Positions 6,006 through 13,141 of a stretch of DNA of 32,535 nt are shown here, piece after piece. The position numbers were made by a program, and so were the translations under genes. The stretch is taken from the IMG/VR virus record IMGVR_UViG_3300018424_000004, one strand, 5' to 3'. Under the pieces are notes generated by a model, which did no database searches, was not told where the DNA came from, and saw only the letters and a program-made list of their open reading frames with translations. Numbering within the stretch: the stretch's first letter is position 1; the number at the start of each line of letters is the position of its first letter. Source of the DNA: a virus.

Positions 6006-6646
6006 ATGGTTACGTTAAAATTCACCGGAAATTATGGACCCATCCAGTATTTTCGAATATATTGGAAGCTGGAGTTTTTGCGTACATGATTTCTCAAGCT
6101 TCATGGAAGCCTAGAACGGTTCGCTATAAAGATTTAATCTTAAATCTAAAGCGCGGCCAGTTAGCTATTTCGCAAAGGGACCTCGCAATTAAGACGGGGT
6201 TTTCACGCGGAAAGGTAGAAAAGCTTCTAAAAAGGCTCAAAAATGAAGCCATGATTGAAGCCACCTCGAAGCCAGGTGTTAACATCATAAGTATCTGTAA
6301 TTACGACAGTTATCAGTATGAAAATGATGAGCGAAGCCAGGATGGAAGCCACCTCCGAAGCCAGGGTGAAGCCACCCCGAAGCCACAGAACAAGAAGGAT
6401 GAAAGAAAGAAGAAAGAATATTTATATATAGGGAAGGTGATTAAGCTTGAAAAAACCGATTATCAACGGTGGCAAAAATCATTTCCAAGTTTGAACCTTG
6501 ACGCTGAATTGGAATCGCTTGATTCGTACTATGCGTCATTACCGCCGAATGAATCTAAAGGGTGGTTTATGAGGGCGGCGGCAGCTTTAAGGAATAGGCA
6601 GGCCAAGGAGGTGGCGCAGCAACCGGATCGGGCATCATGGAATTAG
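6002..6646 (+). CDS. Putative replication initiator / replisome organiser (O-like, N-terminal wHTH)
   Basis: MNGYVKIHRKLWTHPVF...RGQLAISQRDLAIKTGFSRGKVEKLLKRLKNEAMI. It sits directly upstream of the primase-helicase and contains the iteron array. Confidence 0.55.
   Translation: MNGYVKIHRKLWTHPVFSNILEAGVFAYMISQASWKPRTVRYKDLILNLKRGQLAISQRDLAIKTGFSRGKVEKLLKRLKNEAMIEATSKPGVNIISICNYDSYQYENDERSQDGSHLRSQGEATPKPQNKKDERKKKEYLYIGKVIKLEKTDYQRWQKSFPSLNLDAELESLDSYYASLPPNESKGWFMRAAAALRNRQAKEVAQQPDRASWN
6245..6385. repeat. Iteron-like array: 8 copies of GAAGCCA at 11-12 bp phasing, in two clusters
   Basis: GAAGCCA starts at 6245, 6257, 6268, 6333, 6345, 6357, 6368 and 6379. The array is followed by a purine/AT-rich tract at 6386-6432 (gaaagaaagaagaaagaatatttatatatag). 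Confidence 0.7.
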
Positions 6647-8284
6647 TATCGGAACTTGAAAAGTTAGGCGTTTATTTAAACAACCATGAAAAGGGAGACC
6701 ATAAGGCGAAGTGTCCAAAGTGCCAGAGTACACGGCGGAAAAACAAGCACGATAAGCCTTTGTGGGTAACGATTGAACATGACGGAGCCGTTGGAAAATG
6801 CTTCCACTGCGAATGGAAATTCGGGTTTAAAACTTACAGCGAAAGCCCTGGAATGGTTCAAAGACAGGGGAATCGGCGAGAAAACACTCAAGGAAATGGG
6901 CGTCGGCAGCGGTATGGCGGTATTTGGTGACATTAAGACCGAAGCGGCGATTTTTAATTATTACCGTGATGGTCTGGTTGTTAATTACAAGGCTAGGGCT
7001 TTTGATGAAAAGCTATATAAACAGAAAAAAGGCGGGGAGCAGTGTTTTTATGGCCTAGAAGCCGTTTTAAGGGGGTCTAGGGACGTTGTGTATATTACTG
7101 AGGGGGAGATGGACGCTTTAAGCTTAATTGAGTGTGGGGTGCCTAAAAACCAAGTACTGAGCGTTCCTAATGGTGCGCCTCCTGAGCGAGTAGCCGATAA
7201 GGAAAATTCAGCCAAGTATCAGTATGTATATTCTGCCTTAGATGAAGGGTTGAACGATGTTAAGAAATTCATTTTAGCCGTCGATTCTGATGAAAAGGGC
7301 GATAATTTAAGGGAAGATTTAGCAGAAATCCTTGGAACTGTTAAATGTTCGTATATAAATTGGCCCGACAAGGACGCGAATGAACATTTAATGCAGTACG
7401 GGCCGGAACGCTTACTAGATTTTGTTTTAAATAAATCAATACCTTGCCCGGTCATTGGTTTGTATTCCTTATCCGAAATCCCCGAACCGGAACCAATGGA
7501 GTTGTGGAATCCGGGTTTTTATGAATGGGAAAACAAGGTTAAATTTTCACCTAAAATGTTTTCCGTCGCTACTGGCTGGCCGGGTCACGGTAAAACTATG
7601 TTAATGATGCAGTTATGGTATCAAATGGCAAAATCTTATGATTTTAGCTTTGCTGTATTTTCGGCGGAAACAAGGGTTAAGCCTCATCATCGGCGTAATT
7701 TTCGGCGCTGGATGTTTGGTAAGTATGAGGATGAACTAACGGAGCAGCAGATCAAAACCGCCGACGATTGGACAGAGGAAAACGTTAAGTTTATTTCACA
7801 TCCAAACGCTAGGCCGACATTTGGTTGGCTCCTGGATATGATTGAAGCGGCTCACGCTAGGTTTAATTGCCGGGCGGTTGTTATTGACCCTTGGAACAAA
7901 TTAGACACTCAGAAGCCAAGGGATAAAACAGAAACAGATTGGATTGGTGAATGTATTGATGACCTTATGGACGCCGCCAGAGGGTTAAATATGCATATTC
8001 AGGTTATCGCTCATCCGTCGAAGGGTGAAAAGCAATTTCGCAAGGATGCGCCCGCTTTGTCCGATATTCATGGCTCACAGCATTGGGAGAATAGACCAGA
8101 TCAAGGCTTTGCGGTTCACCGGCCAAGTGTTTTTAAGGATGGGGAACGGCAAACAGAGGCGGAATTTTACCACAGGAAAGCGCGGTTTGAAGAACTTGGT
8201 TATCCCTGTATGTTAAATATGGATTTTGAATTAAAAACAGGGCGTTATCGGTCAGTTGATTTTAAACAGGATTATGAGGAATAA
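6637..8284 (+). CDS. Bifunctional zinc-ribbon/TOPRIM primase and RepA/DnaB-like helicase (T7 gp4-like), interrupted by a +1 frame change
   Basis: ORF 6637..6930 carries the zinc ribbon (CPKC...CFHC). ORF 6773..8284 carries TOPRIM (ITEGEMDALS, AVDSDEKGD), Walker A (GWPGHGKT) and Walker B (AVVIDPWNKL). Removing one base in ttt-aaaa (6826-6832) gives a continuous ...CFHCEWKFGFKLTAKALEWFKDRGI... Confidence 0.8.
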
Positions 8285-8285
8285 T

Positions 8286-8663
8286 ATGAAAGAAGTTTTT
8301 GAGATACTTAAAAGGGTTTGTGAAGAATTTAATATTTCGATGGATGATTTGGTTTCAAGCCGAAGTCAGAGGTTTATTAAACCCCGTCAATATGCTATAT
8401 GGCTTTGTGTTAAGGATACCAAAGTTTCCATTAAAAGTTTAGCTGAGATTTTTAATCGAGGGGAATCCGCTATAACACATTCGCACCGGCAATACGAAAA
8501 AGCTGATAATTACAACAGGAAAAGGCGCGGATTGCCGCCGCTTTATACTGCCCGATTTTATACCGCAGTTAAGGCCGATAAACAAGTGCGTCCCGTTGAT
8601 TATGGCTATATTCCCGGCGCGATTAAGAAACTTGATGAGATGTATGACGGGCGGGTGTATTGA
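8286..8663 (+). CDS. DnaA-domain-IV-like HTH protein (GafY-like candidate)
   Basis: GAGGA RBS then ATG at 8286. DLVSSRSQRFIKPRQYAIWLCVKDTKVSIKSLAEIFNRGESAITHSHRQ parallels the DnaA C-terminal pattern S.R....v..RqiAMyL.r..t..Sl..IG..f.rDHsTV.ha. Confidence 0.65.
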   Translation: MKEVFEILKRVCEEFNISMDDLVSSRSQRFIKPRQYAIWLCVKDTKVSIKSLAEIFNRGESAITHSHRQYEKADNYNRKRRGLPPLYTARFYTAVKADKQVRPVDYGYIPGAIKKLDEMYDGRVY

Positions 8664-8799
8664 AAATATACGCTTTCATTGTAACCGTTTTTTGCGTGTT
8701 CTTGTATTCCATGCTTGACCGTGAAATTAAGGTTAGAAAGGCGTATGAGAGAGAAAGAAACGCGCTTCACTGTCAATTCATTGATGAACAGGGTGAAGA

Positions 8800-8979
8800 A
8801 TGTCTAAAATGATAGAGCAAACCCAATTGGTAGCGCAGATCATTGCTAACAACCGCGCCGAGCAGATAAACGCAACACGCGGCAAGGTTGGTATGAAGCC
8901 TATACAATTTAAGGATCAATATATATTCGATTCAGATATTGAAACAGCCCGTAAGATACTGGAGGCGCTTAGTGAGTGA
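8800..8979 (+). CDS. Hypothetical 59-aa protein
   Basis: ATG at 8800. The stop at 8977-8979 overlaps the GTG start of the next gene. It is just under the ORF-track cutoff. Confidence 0.4.
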   Translation: MSKMIEQTQLVAQIIANNRAEQINATRGKVGMKPIQFKDQYIFDSDIETARKILEALSE

Positions 8980-9478
8980 ACACTCTGATTTTGGCGCGTT
9001 AGACATAAAGGCCATTATGGCCGTAGGTAAAGGAACACTGGCGCGGCGGTCAGATGGCTCCTTAGTGATGATCGAGGAAACGATGAGGGCCGGTATTCAC
9101 CGAGCGCGTATCCTTGGTTTGCTGGAAAAATGGTTCTTAGCCGGGACAATAGGGAAAAAAGACGTAAACGCCGCGAGAAACTTTCATTCTGATTTTATCA
9201 CATACAATAGACAGCCAAAATATTCATCTAGTTCAATGGTTTACGTTGATGGCGGCAGGGGGTCGGCGGATGTGGAATCATTGGGACACCTGAAAGAACG
9301 GGCTAGAAAGCGTCTAAATGCTGCTTATGCCGCTGTTGGGCAGATAGCTACGCCTGTTATCATCGAGGTTATTGGTGAAGATAAACCGCTGTATCAATGC
9401 AGGGTTCCCAAGGACCGCGCGAAAAGGGTTCTTTTGAAGGCATTACCTCTTTTAGCTGCGTCTTATGGATATAAATAA
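8972..9478 (+). CDS. DUF6456-like protein; candidate late-gene activator/antiterminator (GafZ/Q-like by position)
   Basis: GGAGG (8961-8965), 6 nt, then GTG at 8972. The C-terminal ARKRLNAAYAAVGQIATPVIIEVIGEDKPL...RAKRVLLKALPLLAASYGY resembles the DUF6456 pattern as I recall it. It lies immediately upstream of the late promoter. Confidence 0.45.
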   Translation: MSEHSDFGALDIKAIMAVGKGTLARRSDGSLVMIEETMRAGIHRARILGLLEKWFLAGTIGKKDVNAARNFHSDFITYNRQPKYSSSSMVYVDGGRGSADVESLGHLKERARKRLNAAYAAVGQIATPVIIEVIGEDKPLYQCRVPKDRAKRVLLKALPLLAASYGYK

Positions 9479-9485
9479 TAAGGGG

Positions 9486-9524
9486 TTGACAGACGCGAAA
9501 TAGTTAGAGTATAATCGCTATAAT
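9486..9524 (+). promoter_or_regulatory. Late promoter with a duplicated -10 element (candidate sigma-dependent pause signal)
   Basis: TTGACA (9486-9491), 18 nt spacer, TATAAT (9510-9515). A second perfect TATAAT at 9519-9524 straddles the predicted start site (~9522). Confidence 0.7.
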
Positions 9525-9533
9525 CTATTATTT

Positions 9534-9564
9534 GCGCCCCGGAGGAATCCGCGAGGCGTTTTTT
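9534..9564 (+). terminator. Promoter-proximal intrinsic terminator (tR'-like)
   Basis: GC-rich hairpin at 9534-9558: inner CGGA/TCCG stem with a GGAA loop, extended by five more G:C pairs across two 1-nt bulges. T6 follows at 9559-9564. It lies about 40 nt after the predicted start and before the RBS of the first late gene. Confidence 0.6.
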
Positions 9565-9602
9565 ATTACCCGCATCGCCATTCAGGAATGCACGGAGGAT
9601 TT

Positions 9603-10862
9603 ATGCCAGCTGGTCGCCCACCTATATCCGGTCTAAACATTGAGAATAGAGAGATTAACAGCCTTGTCCCATATGTAAACAATGCCCGGACCCATACAGA
9701 CGAACAAGTGGCGCAAATAGCCGCAAGCATTAAGGAATTTGGCTGGACGAATCCGGTCCTTATTGACGGGGATGGCGGAGTGGTTGCTGGCCATGGTCGA
9801 ATCCTTGCTGCAAGGCAGCTTGGGCTAACCAATGTTCCCTGCATTGAGTTGGCCTATTTATCGGAAGCGCAGAGAAAGGCTTATATCCTCGCGGATAATA
9901 AACTAGCTGAGAATGCGGGATGGGATACTGAGTTACTAAGCCTTGAATTAGGCGCTTTAGCTGAGATGGACTTTGACTTAAGCCTGATAGGCTTTGGCGA
10001 GAGTGAAATCGCGGGCTTGCTTGATAAGAATGATGGTTTAACCGATCCTGATGAAGTGCCTGAAACGCCCGAAGACCCGGTAACAAAATTGGGCGATGTG
10101 TGGCTATTGGGTAAGCATAGGCTGGTTTGCGGGGATTCTACCGACGAAGGCGCTGTGTCGGCTTGTTTAGGCGGCGTAGAGCCTCATTTAATGGTTACAG
10201 ACCCGCCATATGGGGTTGAGTATGATGCGGATTGGCGGAATCGAATGGATAGGGCCAATGGCAAGCCCAACGGCGCACGCGCCGTAGGCGTGGTGCAGAA
10301 TGATAATAAGTCAGACTGGCGAGATGCTTGGGCGCTATTCCCTGGTGACGTGGCTTACGTGTGGCATGCTGGAAATATGGCAAATATTGTTGCTGATGGC
10401 CTGATTTCTTGCGGTCTTAATATCCGGGCGCAGATCATTTGGGTGAAGAGTAATATAGTTATAGGCCGCGGGGATTATCACCCGAAGCATGAGCCCTGCT
10501 GGTATGCCGTAAGAAAGAACAAAAAAGGCCATTACTGCGGGGGGCGCAAGCAAACAACGGTCTGGGACATCGACAAGCCCATGAAATCAGAGACTGGCCA
10601 CAGCACCCAGAAGCCCGTCGAGTGCATGAGGCGCCCCATTGAGAATAATTCGAGCCCCGGCCAAGCGGTTTATGATCCGTTTTTGGGATCAGGAACGACC
10701 ATTATTGCCGCGGAAATGACCGGGCGAAGTTGCCACGGATTAGAGTTACATCCGCCCTATTGCGATGTAATTATTAAACGCTGGCAGGATTTTACTGGTG
10801 AACAGGCTGTTTTAGAGGGTAGTGGAGAGAAATTCCCCACTATAAAAGCAGATGCCGCCTAA
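9603..10862 (+). CDS. ParB-like nuclease domain fused to an N6/N4 DNA methyltransferase
   Basis: GGAGGA RBS then ATG at 9603. The N-terminal part is ParB-like: L.PY.NNARTH...IKEFGWTNPVLID..GVVAGHGR..AA. The C-terminal part is N6_N4_Mtase-like: VTDPPYGV and DPFLGSGTT. Confidence 0.85.
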   Translation: MPAGRPPISGLNIENREINSLVPYVNNARTHTDEQVAQIAASIKEFGWTNPVLIDGDGGVVAGHGRILAARQLGLTNVPCIELAYLSEAQRKAYILADNKLAENAGWDTELLSLELGALAEMDFDLSLIGFGESEIAGLLDKNDGLTDPDEVPETPEDPVTKLGDVWLLGKHRLVCGDSTDEGAVSACLGGVEPHLMVTDPPYGVEYDADWRNRMDRANGKPNGARAVGVVQNDNKSDWRDAWALFPGDVAYVWHAGNMANIVADGLISCGLNIRAQIIWVKSNIVIGRGDYHPKHEPCWYAVRKNKKGHYCGGRKQTTVWDIDKPMKSETGHSTQKPVECMRRPIENNSSPGQAVYDPFLGSGTTIIAAEMTGRSCHGLELHPPYCDVIIKRWQDFTGEQAVLEGSGEKFPTIKADAA

Positions 10863-11202
10863 AATGGTAACAAAGCCCTCATTTAAGCCAACTGAGGAAG
10901 AGCGTAAGTTGGTCGAGCAGATGACGGCGGTGGGTATCCCCCAGGAATCTGTTTGCAAGGTTGTCCGTGACGGTATTGACGATAAGACGCTTCGCAAGCA
11001 TTTCCGTAAGGAATTAGATACGGCTAAGATTAAGGCTAACGCAAAGATTGGCGGCACGTTATTCAATAAGGCTATAAACGGTGACACTACGGCAGCTATC
11101 TTTTGGGCCAAGACTCAAATGGGTTGGAAAGAGGTTGACCGAAGGGAATTGGTTGGAGAAAACGGCGGCCCAATTATTTTATGGGGAACGTCGCAAGAAT
11201 AG
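10852..11202 (+). CDS. Terminase small subunit
   Basis: Sits directly upstream of TerL and overlaps it. HTH-like MTAVGIPQESVCKVV, and a C-terminal TAAIFWAKTQMGWKE motif common in small terminases. An alternative ATG is at 10864. Confidence 0.6.
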   Translation: MPPKMVTKPSFKPTEEERKLVEQMTAVGIPQESVCKVVRDGIDDKTLRKHFRKELDTAKIKANAKIGGTLFNKAINGDTTAAIFWAKTQMGWKEVDRRELVGENGGPIILWGTSQE

Positions 11203-12434
11203 GGGCGGCAAGCCCCGTTTTTAACGATCTACTTAAACCATCACGATATAAGGCGCTCTATGGCGGGCGTGGTTCGGGCAAGTCACATTTCTTCGCTGAG
11301 GCAATGGCGGCCAACGCTAAGTTAAACACTGGCTTTCGTGCTGTCTGTATTCGCGAGGTTCAAAAGAGCCTAAAGGAATCGGCCAAGCGGCTCTTAGAGG
11401 ACAAGATAGCGCAGTTAGGGTTCTCTAATTTCTTTGATGTTCAGGCTGACAGGATCGTAACGCCTGGGAATGGCGTTATCATCTTTCAGGGTATGCAGGA
11501 CCATACTGCTGAGTCAATCAAGTCACTTGAGGGGTTTAATATTGCCTGGGTTGAGGAAGGTCAGACGCTTTCCTCTCGTTCCTTAGAGATGCTGCGGCCT
11601 ACTATTCGCGCACCGGGTTCGGAACTATGGTTCTCATGGAATCCGAGGTTAGCCAGCGATTCAGTTGATAAGTTCTTTAGGGGTGAAAGTCCGCCTGAAG
11701 ATGCAATCATACGGAAAATAAACTACGACCAGAATTTAAGGTTCCCCGCTGAATTAGAGGCGGAGCGATTACACGATAAGCAGCACAATCCTGATAGATA
11801 TGCCCATGTTTGGCTTGGTGAATATGAGCCGATGGCTGTGGGCGCGATTTGGGATCGACAGACGATCAACGACCTACGTAGAAAAGAAGCACCTGAACTA
11901 GAGAGGATCGTTGTCTCTGTTGATCCCGCCGTATCGAGCGAAGAAAACTCAGATGAGCACGGTATTATAGCTTGTGCGCTTGGTGCCGATAATCGGGGCT
12001 ATGTCGTTGATGATGTATCAATGAAGGGTTCCCCGAGGCAATGGGCTGACAGGGCTGTTGCTTTGTATGACCGCTTAGAAGCTGACGCCGTTGTGATTGA
12101 GGTCAACCAGGGCGGTGATATGGTTAGGCATACGTTAGAGAGTGTCCGGCCCGGCTTACCGATAATCGAGGTTCGCGCAACTCGCGGCAAGCACGTTAGA
12201 GCGGAACCGATTAGTGCTTTGTATGCGCTTGGCCGGATAAGCCATATAGGGACGTTTTCTAAGTTAGAAGATCAGATGTGTCAAATGACGGCAGCGGGGT
12301 TTGAAGGTGAAGGTTCGCCTGACCGTGTTGACGCATTAGTATGGGGTTTTACTGAATTATTTCCACAAATTAACCGGTCTAAACAGGCCGAGGTTCATAT
12401 AGATATGCCCGCTGAGGGCGGTTGGATGGCTTAA
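11181..12434 (+). CDS. Terminase large subunit (PBSX/Terminase_3-like)
   Basis: Walker A in YKALYGGRGSGKSHFF, Walker B-like IAWVEEGQ, and a C-terminal nuclease region VSVDPA... Confidence 0.85.
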   Translation: MGNVARIGAASPVFNDLLKPSRYKALYGGRGSGKSHFFAEAMAANAKLNTGFRAVCIREVQKSLKESAKRLLEDKIAQLGFSNFFDVQADRIVTPGNGVIIFQGMQDHTAESIKSLEGFNIAWVEEGQTLSSRSLEMLRPTIRAPGSELWFSWNPRLASDSVDKFFRGESPPEDAIIRKINYDQNLRFPAELEAERLHDKQHNPDRYAHVWLGEYEPMAVGAIWDRQTINDLRRKEAPELERIVVSVDPAVSSEENSDEHGIIACALGADNRGYVVDDVSMKGSPRQWADRAVALYDRLEADAVVIEVNQGGDMVRHTLESVRPGLPIIEVRATRGKHVRAEPISALYALGRISHIGTFSKLEDQMCQMTAAGFEGEGSPDRVDALVWGFTELFPQINRSKQAEVHIDMPAEGGWMA

Positions 12435-12896
12435 ATGGGTAGACTTTCGGATGAGTTACGCGGAGGCCGCAAAGATTGGAGCGATAGCGATTCTGTTCTT
12501 GGCCGAGTATTGGAAAATATTCTGCTCCAGGCGCGAAGGACTCAACTACAGGGCGGAGGCGGCATATCCTCAAATTCGAATAACGGCTGGAAGAATGATG
12601 TCGTACAATTTGGTGGCCAGGCTGCTACAACACTCCCCCTTCCTGAGAACCCGCTTAATCTAAATTCTTTAGACTTAAGCATTGCCGGTAATATAGGTAG
12701 GGCCAAAGTAACGGCCCCGGATCAGGCTGTTCGGGACTATGGGGTAAGGGAAAAATCCGTTTACGATTGGGGTAATATAGATTCAATCGGAGCGGCGCTT
12801 AATGGCATGGGGAACGGGCTTGGGGAAAAACGACTATCGTATGAATATACCCCAGGAAATAGCGGCCATATGCTAAAATTAAGAGTTCCATTTTAG
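12435..12896 (+). CDS. Hypothetical protein between terminase and portal
   Basis: The ORF abuts the TerL stop (TAA-ATG). No motif recognised. Confidence 0.5.
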   Translation: MGRLSDELRGGRKDWSDSDSVLGRVLENILLQARRTQLQGGGGISSNSNNGWKNDVVQFGGQAATTLPLPENPLNLNSLDLSIAGNIGRAKVTAPDQAVRDYGVREKSVYDWGNIDSIGAALNGMGNGLGEKRLSYEYTPGNSGHMLKLRVPF

Positions 12897-12958
12897 TGGG
12901 CGCTTTAGCAGATAGTTTAGGTGGGCCACACCGCACAAAGATATTGGATGTTGAATAA

Positions 12959-13141
12959 ATGAAACAGTTATACGAGCAATTAGGATTCACAGAGGCGGCA
13001 CAGAACTTGCGGGAAATCGCAAAAAGCCGCGACATTGATGATGTTAGGAAAGAATTGGACCAGTATAAACGAACGGGCCGTATGCAAGTATTAAGGCCGC
13101 ACCAACCACTACCGATGGTTTTTGATGCCCGAAACATCTGA
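12959..13141 (+). CDS. Hypothetical 60-aa protein
   Basis: ATG ORF whose end overlaps the portal start. Confidence 0.4.
   Translation: MKQLYEQLGFTEAAQNLREIAKSRDIDDVRKELDQYKRTGRMQVLRPHQPLPMVFDARNI

Noticed and set aside
6676-6933. 85-aa minus-strand ORF and other short ORFs overlapping the primase region (for example 7219..7455)
   Set aside because: They are antisense to a gene with clear TOPRIM and helicase motifs, and have no independent support.
8660-8812. TTG-initiated 50-codon ORF (MKIYAFIVTVFCVFLYSML...) in the gap after the DnaA-IV-like gene
   Set aside because: It has a non-ATG start, no convincing RBS, and only a hydrophobic stretch as support. It is plausible but not supportable from sequence alone.
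9545-9549. GAATC (a GANTC, CcrM-type site) in the loop region of the late-leader hairpin, as a possible methylation-sensitive switch linked to the phage methyltransferase
   Set aside because: A single 5-bp occurrence is expected by chance, and the methyltransferase specificity is unknown.
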